35,982 nucleotides of DNA from a bacterium (GCA_021813175.1 JAKALJ010000002.1:1-35982), one strand, 5' to 3'. Positions 22,766 through 31,962 are shown, counted from the stretch's first letter. Numbers and translations are program-made. The notes: generated by a model not told the origin, from the letters alone.

Positions 22766-23194
22766 TTAACGAGATTCCTGCCGGGATACTATCCGGCTCT
22801 TAAGCGGCAGCTTGCTGCCGGCTTTACGCAGGGCTTCCTTGGCAATATTCTCTTTCACTCCGTCCACTTCAAATATTATCCGGCCCGGATATACCATGGC
22901 GCAATATCCTTCCGGGTCACCCTTGCCCTTGCCCATGCCCACTTCGGCCGCCTTGGCAGTATAAGGACGGTCGGGAAAAATCCGGATCCAGTATTTGCCG
23001 GTCTTAGTGAGAGTCCGAGCCACTACTTTTCGGGCAGATTCGAGCTGATTGGACCGAACCCGAGAGGCGCTGGTCGCCTTTAGGCCGAAAGAACCGAAAG
23101 AGAGCGCGGTGCCGCGGGTTTCCGGAGAGATTTTCTTCGGATTCCGCCGGCCAGTTTGCCATTTTCTAAATTTTACTTTTTTCGGTAAAAGCAT
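22766..23194 (-). CDS. rplP: 50S ribosomal protein L16
   Basis: MLLPKKVKFRKWQTGR...ESARKVVARTLTKTGKYWIRIFPDRPYT. Confidence 0.96.
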   Translation of the reverse strand: MLLPKKVKFRKWQTGRRNPKKISPETRGTALSFGSFGLKATSASRVRSNQLESARKVVARTLTKTGKYWIRIFPDRPYTAKAAEVGMGKGKGDPEGYCAMVYPGRIIFEVDGVKENIAKEALRKAGSKLPLKSRIVSRQESR

Positions 23195-23199
23195 AGTTT

Positions 23200-23877
23200 T
23201 TAGGATTTTACTTCTTTTTTCTTGTCCGCGAAAACTTTCCCGCGGTAGATCCAGACTTTTATACCAATAGTGCCGTAAGGCAGAATGGCTCTCTCCCGCT
23301 TAAAATCTATATCCGCCCGGAAAGTCTGGAGCGGGATAGAGCCGCGTTTCAAATCTTCAGTACGGGCAATTTCGGCGCCTCCCAATCGGCCGGAAAGCAC
23401 TATTCTCGCCCCTTGTACTCCTCCGGCGGCCATCACTTTCTCTAGAGTCTGCTTGATCACTCGCCGGTAAGGCATTCTTTTTTCCAAACCTTCGGCAATC
23501 ATATATGCCACTATGGCGGCATCCGCTTCTGGATTTCCAATCTCTACCACTTCCAGCTTGAAATCTTCCGTCTTGGGAAGTTTGAGCTTATCCATTTTTT
23601 TCAGAATATCGCTTTTTAATTTAGCCGCTCCTTCGCCGCTCCGCCCGATGATCAATCCGGGCCTTGAGGTACGCAAGGTGAAGCGGGTAGTTTTTTGATT
23701 TCTTTCTATTTCAATGGAGGACACATACTGGCCGCGCAATTTTTTTTCCAGATATTCGCGCAAAAGCACATCTCCTCTAAGGTATTCGCGGTACTTTCCG
23801 GCATCGGCAAACCAATGGGATTTCCAATCCCGGAGAATGGTCAGCCTATGAGCGTATGGATGCACTATTTTACTCAT
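23200..23877 (-). CDS. rpsC: 30S ribosomal protein S3
   Basis: KIVHPYAHRLTILRDWKSHWFA...GLIIGRSGEGAAKLK...RLGGAEIARTE. Confidence 0.96.
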   Translation of the reverse strand: MSKIVHPYAHRLTILRDWKSHWFADAGKYREYLRGDVLLREYLEKKLRGQYVSSIEIERNQKTTRFTLRTSRPGLIIGRSGEGAAKLKSDILKKMDKLKLPKTEDFKLEVVEIGNPEADAAIVAYMIAEGLEKRMPYRRVIKQTLEKVMAAGGVQGARIVLSGRLGGAEIARTEDLKRGSIPLQTFRADIDFKRERAILPYGTIGIKVWIYRGKVFADKKKEVKS

Positions 23878-24289
23878 GTTTTTTTTCCATTTTTTTCTTT
23901 TCTAAAACTTTCTTTATGGATTTTTCTTTTTCCGGCCGGCCAGAATTTTTGCCGGAGCGGACCGAAGTTTTTTCTCCGAGCAGGACCAAAACATGACTGG
24001 AACGTTTGTTTATCATTACCCCCCGGCCCATGGCCCTCGGCATCATGCGCTTTAATACCATTCCTTTATCCACCCGCAAATCCTTAATGAAAAGATTTTC
24101 TCTTTGCCTTCCGAGGGAAGCGGCGTTCGCGACCGCGGACAGAATGAGCTTCTTCATCGGAGCGGCCGCGCGCTTCGGCAAAAAATCCAGGTCTGCCACC
24201 GCTCGCTCCACGGACTTTCCTTTCAAGAGGTCAGCCACTAACCGGACTTTTCGGGGAGATTGCCTGTAATTTTTCAAAAATGCTTTCAT
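23870..24289 (-). CDS. rplV: 50S ribosomal protein L22 (Lys-rich C-terminal extension)
   Basis: RQSPRKVRLVADLLKGKSVERAVADLDF...RAMGRGVMINKRSSHVLVLL. Confidence 0.94.
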   Translation of the reverse strand: MKAFLKNYRQSPRKVRLVADLLKGKSVERAVADLDFLPKRAAAPMKKLILSAVANAASLGRQRENLFIKDLRVDKGMVLKRMMPRAMGRGVMINKRSSHVLVLLGEKTSVRSGKNSGRPEKEKSIKKVLEKKKMEKKHE

Positions 24290-24297
24290 AGTCGGGA

Positions 24298-24651
24298 TTA
24301 TTTCTTGCCGGCGCCGGCCGCCTCGGCTGCCGCCGTGGCCGCTTTAGCTTGAGCCATTTCAGTTTCTTTCTTCTTTTGCTCCAGCTCTTTCTGCATCTTT
24401 CCGCCGTGCTTGATGAATTTGCGGGTAGGAGAAAACTCTCCGAGCCGATGCCCGACCATATCTTCGCTCACCAGCACCTCCAAATGGGTTTTACCGTTAT
24501 GCACCCCAAAGGTGAATCCCACCATTTCCGGGGAAATCTGGCTGGCCCGTTTCCAGGTTTTAATAACCGGAGTATTCATTGGATTTTTCCCGGTTATCTT
24601 TTTTAAAAGCTTCGGGTCCACATATATTCCTTTTTTGATTGACCGAGTCAT
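24298..24651 (-). CDS. rpsS: 30S ribosomal protein S19 (Ala/Lys-rich C-terminal extension)
   Basis: [19 protein letters not shown]...[27 protein letters not shown]...[15 protein letters not shown]. Confidence 0.95.
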   Translation of the reverse strand: MTRSIKKGIYVDPKLLKKITGKNPMNTPVIKTWKRASQISPEMVGFTFGVHNGKTHLEVLVSEDMVGHRLGEFSPTRKFIKHGGKMQKELEQKKKETEMAQAKAATAAAEAAGAGKK

Positions 24652-24665
24652 CTAAAATATATGAA

Positions 24666-24689
24666 AACAAGCTCGTTCCCGAGCTTGTT
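24666..24689 (-). promoter_or_regulatory. 5' UTR hairpin plus U tract immediately upstream of rpsS (attenuator- or stabiliser-like)
   Basis: Minus strand aacaagctcg-ggaa-cgagcttgtt followed by ttttcatatattttag-ATG(24651). This is a 10-bp perfect stem. Confidence 0.55.
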
Positions 24690-24691
24690 CC

Positions 24692-24719
24692 ATAATATCA
24701 AAATATGCGGCAAAGTCAA
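24692..24719 (-). promoter_or_regulatory. Putative internal promoter between rplB and rpsS
   Basis: Minus strand TTGACT-N16 (ending TGa)-TATTAT. The predicted start falls at the base of the 24689-24666 hairpin. Confidence 0.5.
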
Positions 24720-24726
24720 ATTTGAA

Positions 24727-24771
24727 AGCCTGCGAGACACCCCGGGAAAGAATATTCCCGACCTGTCCCCT
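24727..24771. repeat. Z repeat, copy C
   Basis: agcctgcgagacaccccgggaaagaatattcccgacctgtcccct. It ends 10 nt from the rplB stop codon, inside a 130-nt rplB-rpsS spacer. Confidence 0.85.
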
Positions 24772-24781
24772 CCCTGTTGGG

Positions 24782-25624
24782 TTATTTCTTCCGGCTCTTT
24801 TTGGCACGGCGGGAGAGAATAAAGATGTTGGAATATTTCTTGGGGTGCCGAGTTTTTCGTCCGCCAGTCACCTTTCCCCACATGGTTTTGGGACGTTTAA
24901 TGCCCCGGCCTTGCCGGCCCTCGCCTCCGCCATAGGGATGGTCCACCGGGTTCATGGCCGTGCCGCGCACCGTCGGGCGGATGCCTTTCCAGCGGGAACG
25001 CCCGGCTTTGCCGTAATTCTCAAGGTGGTGTTCTTCGTTGGAAACCGTGCCGATGGAGGCATAGCATTCCTCTTTCACTTTCCGCACCTCAGAAGAAGGC
25101 ATTTTCAGATTGGTGTACCCATCGGCATTTGCCACCACTTGAGCAAAAACTCCCGCTCCCCGGGCGATTTTGGCTCCACCGCCGGGTTTCAGTTCTATAT
25201 TGTAAACAAAAGTACCGACTGGAATATTTTTAAGAGGCAGACGATTTCCGGCGGAAATTTCCGCTTTCGGAGAAACAAGAAAGGGATTGCCGGGCTTTAC
25301 CGATTTTGGCAAGAGCACGTATCTTTTTTCTCCGTCCTTATACACGGCCAAGCCGATGAAAGCCGAGCGGTTCGGGTCGTATTCCACGCTTTTTATTTTT
25401 GCCGGAATGTCAATTTTATCGTATTTAAAATCCACCCGCCGATATAAGCGCTTGTGTCCCGACCCTTTATGCCGCACCGTAATGCGCCCTTGGCTATTGC
25501 GTCCCACCTTTCGGCGGAAACCAGAGGTCAGGGATTTGTCAGGCTTGGACGCAGTGAGCACTCCGCGGTATTCCACATTACTGGCCTGTCTTCTTGATTT
25601 AGTTGTGGGTTTGTATTTCTTCAT
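24782..25624 (-). CDS. rplB: 50S ribosomal protein L2
   Basis: 280 aa, with GRNSQGRITVRHKGSGHKRLYR and VRGTAMNPVDHPYGGGEGR. Confidence 0.97.
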   Translation of the reverse strand: MKKYKPTTKSRRQASNVEYRGVLTASKPDKSLTSGFRRKVGRNSQGRITVRHKGSGHKRLYRRVDFKYDKIDIPAKIKSVEYDPNRSAFIGLAVYKDGEKRYVLLPKSVKPGNPFLVSPKAEISAGNRLPLKNIPVGTFVYNIELKPGGGAKIARGAGVFAQVVANADGYTNLKMPSSEVRKVKEECYASIGTVSNEEHHLENYGKAGRSRWKGIRPTVRGTAMNPVDHPYGGGEGRQGRGIKRPKTMWGKVTGGRKTRHPKKYSNIFILSRRAKKSRKK

Positions 25625-25628
25625 TTTC

Positions 25629-25907
25629 TTATACTAGATCTATTTTATCTCCTTCTTTCAGATACACTATGGCTTTCTTTCCTCCGCCTTTTACTCCTTC
25701 TTTGCCCCGGGTAAACACTTTTTTTCTTGGAATTTTTAGAATATTCACTCGAGTCGGGCGCACTTTGTAAATATCAAACACCGCTTTGGCTACTTCTTTT
25801 TTGCCGGCCAAGGGCGCTACCTCAAAAGCATAAGCCCGAAGGGCATAAGCCCCGGAGGCTTTTTCGGTGATTCTCGGATTTTTGATTATTTTTGTGGCGT
25901 CCCGCAT
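25629..25907 (-). CDS. rplW: 50S ribosomal protein L23
   Basis: IIKNPRITEKA...FEVAPLAGKKEVAKAVFDIYKVRPTRVNI. Confidence 0.93.
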   Translation of the reverse strand: MRDATKIIKNPRITEKASGAYALRAYAFEVAPLAGKKEVAKAVFDIYKVRPTRVNILKIPRKKVFTRGKEGVKGGGKKAIVYLKEGDKIDLV

Positions 25908-25916
25908 AAAATTAAA

Positions 25917-26579
25917 TTATTTTCCTTTGGATGCTAAAAATTCAAGACTCTCCGCAGGTTTTTCTATCAAAATATATTTGTAATCAAGGACTTCCGCCGG
26001 ATTCAGATTCTTTAACAAGGATACTTCAAGCTGGGGAAGGTTCCTAAAACTTTTCTTTGTTTTCTCATCTCCTTCATACAAAGAGAGAAGGGTTTTTTTC
26101 TTTTTTGAAGAATATATGGGGCCGATGCCGGGAATCTTGGAAAGATTCTTCAATACTTTGGCGGCTTCCTTAGCTTTTATGGCCGGGAGAGCCAGCGAAT
26201 CAATAAATACCACTTCTCCTTCTCGAAATTTTTTTGACAGCGCGGAAAAAAGAGCTTCCGCTCTCATTTTTTTTGAAATTTTTCGGTTATAATTTTTTTC
26301 CGAAAGAGGCCCGTGCGTTACTCCTCCGCCCACCCAGATGGGACTCCGGATGGAGCCGTGTCTGGCCCGACCGGTTCCTTTTTGCCGCCAAGGTTTCTTC
26401 CCGCCACCGGAAACTTCTCCTCGGCCTTTGGCATTCGCGGTACCGGCCCGGCGATTGCTTTTCATACTCATTACCACTTGATGCACCAAATCCGGACGCC
26501 ATTTGGCGGCAAAAACTTTTTCCGGTAAGGATATGCTTCCCGACTCTTTGCCCTCTTGATTGTAGATTTTCGCTTCCAT
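25917..26579 (-). CDS. rplD: 50S ribosomal protein L4
   Basis: RRAGTANAKGRGEVSGGGKKPWRQKGTGRARHGSIRSPIWVGGGVTHGP. Confidence 0.96.
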   Translation of the reverse strand: MEAKIYNQEGKESGSISLPEKVFAAKWRPDLVHQVVMSMKSNRRAGTANAKGRGEVSGGGKKPWRQKGTGRARHGSIRSPIWVGGGVTHGPLSEKNYNRKISKKMRAEALFSALSKKFREGEVVFIDSLALPAIKAKEAAKVLKNLSKIPGIGPIYSSKKKKTLLSLYEGDEKTKKSFRNLPQLEVSLLKNLNPAEVLDYKYILIEKPAESLEFLASKGK

Positions 26580-26590
26580 TTGCTGATTCT

Positions 26591-27205
26591 TTATATCTTC
26601 ACTATCTCCACCAAACTGCCCCGAGCGCCCGGCACAGCCCCTTTTAAGAAAATCACGCCGCTTTCTTTGTCTACCAGTATCACTTCATGGTTCTTTTCCG
26701 TTATTCTCTCTCCGCCCATGCGGCCGGCCATTCTCATGCCTTTCGGCACCCGGGTGCGCAGACCGCCTCCGATGGAACCAGGTTCCCGTTCCGAGTGTTT
26801 CTGCCCGTGGGTACGGGGCCCTCCGTGGAATCCGTGGCGTTTTACCACTCCTTGAAATCCTTTTCCTTTGGAAACTCCGGACACCCGCACTTTGTCTCCG
26901 GCTTTTAAAATATCGGCAGCCGCCAAAGTATCGCCGATTTTTGCTTCCGGAGCGCCGTTATCGCGAAATTCCCGCAAGTAGCGAAAATTACCGAGGTTTT
27001 TCATATGTCCTTTTTGGGCTTTGCTGATATTTTTCTCTTTTTTTTCTCCATATCCGACCTGCACCGCGTCATATCCGTCCCGGTCTTTGGTTTTTATCTC
27101 GGTAACCACCGTCTTGCCGGCGGAAAGCGCCGTAACCGGAATCACTCTTCCATCTTCGGTAAAATACTCGGTCATATTTTTTTTTATACCAAGAATAAAT
27201 TTCAT
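26591..27205 (-). CDS. rplC: 50S ribosomal protein L3
   Basis: VSGVSKGKGFQGVVKRHGFHGGPRTHGQ...GRMGGERIT. Confidence 0.96.
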   Translation of the reverse strand: MKFILGIKKNMTEYFTEDGRVIPVTALSAGKTVVTEIKTKDRDGYDAVQVGYGEKKEKNISKAQKGHMKNLGNFRYLREFRDNGAPEAKIGDTLAAADILKAGDKVRVSGVSKGKGFQGVVKRHGFHGGPRTHGQKHSEREPGSIGGGLRTRVPKGMRMAGRMGGERITEKNHEVILVDKESGVIFLKGAVPGARGSLVEIVKI

Positions 27206-27209
27206 ATTT

Positions 27210-27671
27210 CTATAACATCTTTACATCTATGTCCACCCCGGAAGGCAGAGACATATTGGTCAAGGCCTCCACCGTATTCGCGTTTGGATTCACGATATCT
27301 ATCAGACGCTTGTGCACCCTGATTTCAAACTGCTCGCGTGAATTCTTGTAAATGAAAGAGGAGCGGTTTACCGTGTACTTCTTTATTTCAGTGGGCAGAG
27401 GCACCGGGCCCACAATCTCCGCGTCATAGCGCATAGCGGTATCAATGATTTGCTTTACCGAGGCGTCTAAGATTTTGCTCTCATAGGCGCGAACCCGGAT
27501 ACGCAATATCACTTTGCTCTCTTCTTTTTTCGTCCCTTTAACGGTTTTTTTCACGAAAGAGTCTTTTACTTTCTCCGTCCTTGTTTTAACGGAAACCGAG
27601 GGCGATGCGCTACGGGCTGATTTGCCTGCCGCTTTGACAGGACTTTTCTCTTTTGTACCTGATGTGGCCAT
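27210..27671 (-). CDS. rpsJ: 30S ribosomal protein S10 (with a possible 50-aa Lys/Ser-rich N-terminal extension)
   Basis: The core is ILRIRVRAYESKILDASVKQIIDTA...GPVPLPTEIKKYTVNRSSFIYKNSREQFEIRVHKRLIDI. The ATG at 27671 lies 6 nt after the tuf stop. An internal GTG (KV|ILRIRV, near 27512) would give a canonical-length S10. Confidence 0.9.
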   Translation of the reverse strand: MATSGTKEKSPVKAAGKSARSASPSVSVKTRTEKVKDSFVKKTVKGTKKEESKVILRIRVRAYESKILDASVKQIIDTAMRYDAEIVGPVPLPTEIKKYTVNRSSFIYKNSREQFEIRVHKRLIDIVNPNANTVEALTNMSLPSGVDIDVKML

Positions 27672-27677
27672 TCTTTT

Positions 27678-28871
27678 CTATCCTAAAATTTTAGTGACCA
27701 CTCCGGCTCCCACCGTCTTGCCACCTTCACGAATAGCGAAACGTTGCTGCTCTTCCAGAGCCACTGGGGTTACCAGTTTTACGGTAAAAGTCACAGTGTC
27801 TCCGGGCATTACCATTTCGGTGCCTTGAGCAAGGGTAACCTCGCCAGTCACATCCGTAGTACGAATATAGAATTGTGGCTTATAACCGTTAAAGAATGGG
27901 GTATGTCGTCCGCCTTCCTCTTTTTTCAGTATGTACACCTCCGCCGTAAAGTTATCATGCGGGGTAACGGTACCAGGCTTGGCCAGAACCTGCCCGCGGC
28001 TTACATCTTCTTTTTTTAAACCCCGCAAGAGCACGCCGGCGTTATCTCCGGCCATGCCTTCCTGCAAGCTCTTATTGAACATTTCAATGCCAGTAATAGT
28101 GGCTTTCTGGGTGGGTTTAATGCCGACAATTTCCACTTCCTCGCCTACTTTTACTATTCCTCTTTCAATTTTTCCGGTAACTACCGTGCCGCGTCCTTCA
28201 ATGGAGAAAATATCTTCTACCGGCATCAGGAACGGTTTCTGAGTGTCTCGTTCCGGCACCGGAATGTATGTATCCAGCGCGTTCACCAGTTCAAGCACTT
28301 TCTTTGCCCATGGGTCGTTCACATCCTTGGATTCCAGAGCTTTCAGGGCCGAACCGCGAATGACTGGAGCGCCCGCCCCGTCAAATCCTTGCTTGGTCAG
28401 AAGTTCGCGGATTTCTTCTTCCACCATGTCCAGCATATCCTTATCGTCCACCATATCGCACTTGTTCATGAAAACAATAATCTTTGGCACGCCTACTTGC
28501 CGAGCTAAAAGCACATGCTCCCGAGTCTGAGGCATGGCGCCGTCCGTGGCGGCCACCACCAGGATGGCGCCGTCCATCTGCGCGGCGCCGGTAATCATGT
28601 TCTTGATATAGTCCGCGTGTCCCGGAGCATCGATGTGCGCGTAATGCCGAGCATCGGTGGAATACTCGTTGTGGGAAATGTTAATGGTGATTCCGCGAGC
28701 TTTTTCTTCCGGAGCGTTGTCTATTTGGTCCACTCCGCGCAAGCGGACCTGCTTGCCGGCCATATTGAGCACGTGCAAAATAGCCGCGGTCAAGGTGGTT
28801 TTGCCGTGGTCCACGTGCCCGATGGTGCCCACATTGATGTGAGGTTTATCTCTCTTAAATTCTTCTGCCAT
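27678..28871 (-). CDS. tuf: Elongation factor Tu
   Basis: The start is moved to the ATG at 28871 ([27 protein letters not shown]), giving 397 aa with DAPGHADY and NKCD. The 85 codons upstream in the track ORF are non-homologous read-through. Confidence 0.97.
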   Translation of the reverse strand: MAEEFKRDKPHINVGTIGHVDHGKTTLTAAILHVLNMAGKQVRLRGVDQIDNAPEEKARGITINISHNEYSTDARHYAHIDAPGHADYIKNMITGAAQMDGAILVVAATDGAMPQTREHVLLARQVGVPKIIVFMNKCDMVDDKDMLDMVEEEIRELLTKQGFDGAGAPVIRGSALKALESKDVNDPWAKKVLELVNALDTYIPVPERDTQKPFLMPVEDIFSIEGRGTVVTGKIERGIVKVGEEVEIVGIKPTQKATITGIEMFNKSLQEGMAGDNAGVLLRGLKKEDVSRGQVLAKPGTVTPHDNFTAEVYILKKEEGGRHTPFFNGYKPQFYIRTTDVTGEVTLAQGTEMVMPGDTVTFTVKLVTPVALEEQQRFAIREGGKTVGAGVVTKILG

Positions 28872-28877
28872 GTTGTT

Positions 28878-28893
28878 TCCGCCAGCTGGCGGA
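28878..28893. repeat. 16-bp perfect palindrome tccgccagctggcgga in the tuf 5' UTR
   Basis: It ends 6 nt upstream of the tuf ATG. The 19 nt at 28878-28896 are identical to 4331-4349 inside tmRNA. Confidence 0.85.
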
Positions 28894-29001
28894 TAAATAT
28901 TACTTATAAATTGGTTATAATTGACCGCTTTTTTACAAAAAAGCAACAAAAAAACCGCGAAAGTGCAGTTATGGATTATGTTAGCAGATTGGGAAATAAA
29001 G

Positions 29002-29313
29002 TCAAATCGCCAGAGAAGATTCGTGCAATATTGCCCTTGCCAATCTCTCTTCTTCGGCTTCTTTTTCTTCTGCGCTGAAATGTCTGGTGACGAAGATGAG
29101 ATTTTGGAATTTTTCAAACGTCCCAAGCAAATCTCTGTCTCGCAGGATTTCCATTACTTCTTCTTTGCTTTTTTGAGAATAATCAAATTCACCGAGCTCT
29201 ACATTATTTGATAGGGAGATGAATTTCGTCACCCTCGCGAGCAGGTTCTTTTCTTGAGTGGAAAGAGAGCGGAAGACTTCACCGCGCTTATCCGAACCCC
29301 TATTTTCAAGCAT
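29002..29313 (-). CDS. Hypothetical 103-aa protein inserted between fusA and tuf
   Basis: It is an ORF with a balanced, helical-looking composition ([19 protein letters not shown]..., [19 protein letters not shown]...). An extended -10 TGaTAGAAT sits exactly 6 nt upstream of its ATG, the same geometry as smpB and ftsH. No motif was recognised. Confidence 0.45.
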   Translation of the reverse strand: MLENRGSDKRGEVFRSLSTQEKNLLARVTKFISLSNNVELGEFDYSQKSKEEVMEILRDRDLLGTFEKFQNLIFVTRHFSAEEKEAEEERLARAILHESSLAI

Positions 29314-29319
29314 GTATAT

Positions 29320-29328
29320 ATTCTATCA
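29320..29328 (-). promoter_or_regulatory. Extended -10 box TGaTAGAAT, 6 nt upstream of the orf103 ATG
   Basis: Minus strand TGATAGAAT-atatac-ATG(29313), located just after the fusA stop codon. Confidence 0.45.
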
Positions 29329-29331
29329 TTC

Positions 29332-31479
29332 TTATTTTCTGGCCGCAATGACAGTCTCGGCTACGTTCTGGGGAACGATGTCATAACGCAGGAATTCCAT
29401 GGTAAAGCTCGCTCGGCCTTCGGTCATGGAGCGCAGAGAGGTCATGTAGCCGAACATCTCGGAAAGGGGCACTACTGCTTTTATAACTTTATTCATCCCG
29501 CGGTCTTCCATCCCCTCAATCAGTCCGCGTTTGGAAGAAAGATTGCCGGTCACATCGCCCATGAATTTTTCCGGGGTAACCACTTCCACCCTCATCATGG
29601 GTTCCAAGATAACCGGCTTTGCTTTTCTACAGGCATCCTGCACCGCCATAGAAGCGGCGATTTTGAAAGCCATTTCGTTGGAATCCACTTCATGATAGGA
29701 ACCATCCCAAAGATCCACGGACACGTTTACCAGTTTGAAGCCAGCCAAAACCCCGCGGTCCAATCCTTCTCGGAAACCCTTCTCACAGGCCGGAATATAT
29801 TCCTGCGGAATCACTCCTCCTTTGATGTTGTTCACAAATTCAAACCCTTCCAAACGTTTGGTGTTTTTCGGCAAATCTTCCAGCTCTTCTTTAGTCAGAG
29901 CTTTCATGGGCGACACCCGAATTTTTACGTGACCGTAATTTCCCCGGCCCCCGGACTGCTTGATATATTTCCCTTCTGCTTCAGATTTATCGGTAATAGT
30001 CTCGCGGTAAGCAACTTGCGGCTTGCCTACGTTTGCTTCCACGGAAAATTCGCGTTTCATTCGATCCACGATGATTTCCAGATGCAATTCGCCCATGCCG
30101 GAGATGATGGTTTCGCCGGCTTCGTTATCGCTCGAAACCTTAAAAGTCGGGTCCTCTTGGGCCAGACGATTCAAAGCCAGGCCCATCTTTTCCTGGTCGG
30201 CTTTAGTTTTCGGTTCTATGCGCATGGAAATGACGGGCTCGGGAAAGACAATGCGGTCAAGTTCTATGGGATGTTCTTCATCGCATAAAGTGTCTGATGT
30301 GATAGTGTCCTTCAGTCCCACCGCGGCGGCAATTTCTCCGGCATATACTTTTTTTACCTCCTCGCGGTCATTGGCATGCATCCGCACGATACGTCCGATT
30401 CGTTCCTTGTTCCGAGTGCGCGGATTGTACACATACGAACCGGCAGAGAGAGTGCCGGAATACACCCGGAAGAAAATAAGCTGGCCCACGAATGGATCGG
30501 CGGCCACCTTGAAAGCCAGAGCGGAAAACGGTTCGGTATCCGAAGCGTGCCGCGTCGCCTGTTCGTCCGTATTCGGGTCTATACCCGCCACCGGCGGAAT
30601 GTCCAAAGGGCTCGGCAGATAATCCACCACCGCGTCCAGCACCAGTTGCACTCCTTTGTTCTTCAAAGCGGAGCCGGCGAACACCGGGAAAATTTGATTG
30701 GCGATGACACCCTTGCGCAAGAGTTTTTTCAGAGTCGGCAATTCCGGGGTCATTCCTTCCAGATATTCGTTCATGGTTGTGTCGTCCTGTTCCACGATTT
30801 TTTCTATAAGCTCGTTCCGATATCTTTCCGCTTCGGCTTTGAATTCGGCCGGAATTTCTGCCTCGCGCACTATACTGCCCATTTCGCCCTCGAAGTAATA
30901 TGCTTTCATAGTGAGCAGGTCTATCACTCCTTCGTGTTTTTCTTCCAAGCCGATCGGAATCTGCGCGCGCACCGCTTTTTTGGTCAGCCGGTCCAAAATG
31001 GTGGCGTAAGAATGCTCAAAGGAAGCGCCGGTGCGGTCCAGTTTGTTAATGAAGCAGATGCGGGGCACTTTGGCCTCGTCCGCGTAGCGCCAGTTGGTTT
31101 CGGATTGGGGTTCCACTCCGGCCACGCCGTCAAACACCACCACCGCGCCATCCAAGACCCGCAAAGACCTCTTCACTTCAACGGTGAAATCTATGTGTCC
31201 GGGGGTATCTATGATATTAAAACGATGTTTCTTGGAAACATCCCCGCCCGCGTAAGTAGGCACCCAGAAGCAAGTAACCGCGGCGGAAGTGATGGTGATG
31301 CCTCGCTCTCTTTCCTGCTCCATCCAGTCGGTGACCGTGTCTCCTTCATGCACTTCTCCGATTTTGTGGGAGACGCCCGTATAGAAAAGCACCCGTTCGG
31401 TAGTGGTGGTTTTGCCCGCATCAATATGCGCGATGATGCCAATATTCCTTACTTTTTCCAAAGGATAATCTCGTTCCAT
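29332..31479 (-). CDS. fusA: Elongation factor G
   Basis: 715 aa, with [28 protein letters not shown] and NKLDR. Confidence 0.97.
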   Translation of the reverse strand: MERDYPLEKVRNIGIIAHIDAGKTTTTERVLFYTGVSHKIGEVHEGDTVTDWMEQERERGITITSAAVTCFWVPTYAGGDVSKKHRFNIIDTPGHIDFTVEVKRSLRVLDGAVVVFDGVAGVEPQSETNWRYADEAKVPRICFINKLDRTGASFEHSYATILDRLTKKAVRAQIPIGLEEKHEGVIDLLTMKAYYFEGEMGSIVREAEIPAEFKAEAERYRNELIEKIVEQDDTTMNEYLEGMTPELPTLKKLLRKGVIANQIFPVFAGSALKNKGVQLVLDAVVDYLPSPLDIPPVAGIDPNTDEQATRHASDTEPFSALAFKVAADPFVGQLIFFRVYSGTLSAGSYVYNPRTRNKERIGRIVRMHANDREEVKKVYAGEIAAAVGLKDTITSDTLCDEEHPIELDRIVFPEPVISMRIEPKTKADQEKMGLALNRLAQEDPTFKVSSDNEAGETIISGMGELHLEIIVDRMKREFSVEANVGKPQVAYRETITDKSEAEGKYIKQSGGRGNYGHVKIRVSPMKALTKEELEDLPKNTKRLEGFEFVNNIKGGVIPQEYIPACEKGFREGLDRGVLAGFKLVNVSVDLWDGSYHEVDSNEMAFKIAASMAVQDACRKAKPVILEPMMRVEVVTPEKFMGDVTGNLSSKRGLIEGMEDRGMNKVIKAVVPLSEMFGYMTSLRSMTEGRASFTMEFLRYDIVPQNVAETVIAARK

Positions 31480-31491
31480 ATTGCCTGAATT

Positions 31492-31962
31492 TTACCAGCC
31501 AAAGTGGGCAAAGGCCTTGTTCGCTTCGGCCATTCTGTGCGTATCTTCTTTCTTTTTTACAGCTGCTCCCTCGTTTTTGCTGGCGGCGATAAGCTCGTCC
31601 GCAAGCTTTTCCCGCATAGGCTTGCCCTTTCCTCCCCGGGCCGCGTCTCGGATCCAGCGCATAGCCAGAGCGAGTTTTCTCTCCGGGCGCACTTCCCGAG
31701 GCACCTGGTAGTTTGCTCCGCCGATGCGCTTGGAACGCACTTCGGTAACGGGCCCGGCATTCCTGATGGCCAGATCAAAAATTTCGAGCGGATTTTGGTT
31801 ACCGGTTTTCTTTTTGATAAGCTCAAAAGCGCCATACACCGCTTTGCGGGCGGTTTCTTTTTTCCCGGACCACATAATGTAATTTATGAATTTTCCCAGC
31901 CTCTCCGAGTTGTATACTAGGTCCGGAGCCGTTTTTATTTTGCTTTTTATTTTTCGCCGCAT
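31492..31962 (-). CDS. rpsG: 30S ribosomal protein S7
   Basis: KFINYIMWSGKKETARKAVYGAF...VEVRSKRIGGANYQVP...AHRMAEANKAFAHFGW. Confidence 0.96.
   Translation of the reverse strand: MRRKIKSKIKTAPDLVYNSERLGKFINYIMWSGKKETARKAVYGAFELIKKKTGNQNPLEIFDLAIRNAGPVTEVRSKRIGGANYQVPREVRPERKLALAMRWIRDAARGGKGKPMREKLADELIAASKNEGAAVKKKEDTHRMAEANKAFAHFGW

Noticed and set aside
28927-28944. AT-rich palindrome gcttttttacaaaaaagc as the tuf promoter or orf103 terminator
   Set aside because: The stem is almost pure A/T and would be very weak as an RNA hairpin. I could not place convincing -35/-10 hexamers with proper spacing around it.
28872-29126. 85-codon N-terminal extension of the tuf ORF, and similar extensions of the pilin (to 20854), rpmB (from 33762), folA (from 34967), map (to 14294) and mazG (to 35889) ORFs
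   Set aside because: Conserved N termini begin at internal ATGs ([11 protein letters not shown]..., [10 protein letters not shown]..., MAKTCAIT..., MLSFIAAIGK..., MIIIKTPKEIE...). The upstream codons overlap neighbouring genes or repeats and have no homology signal.
29254-31488. Long plus-strand ORFs (344 aa and 370 aa) antisense to fusA; likewise 24722-25447 antisense to rplB and 10505-11206 / 11133-11747 antisense to the TraD-like gene
   Set aside because: These are typical shadow ORFs opposite strongly conserved genes. Their products are His/Arg/Phe/Gly-rich with no motifs. The sense-strand genes are unambiguous.
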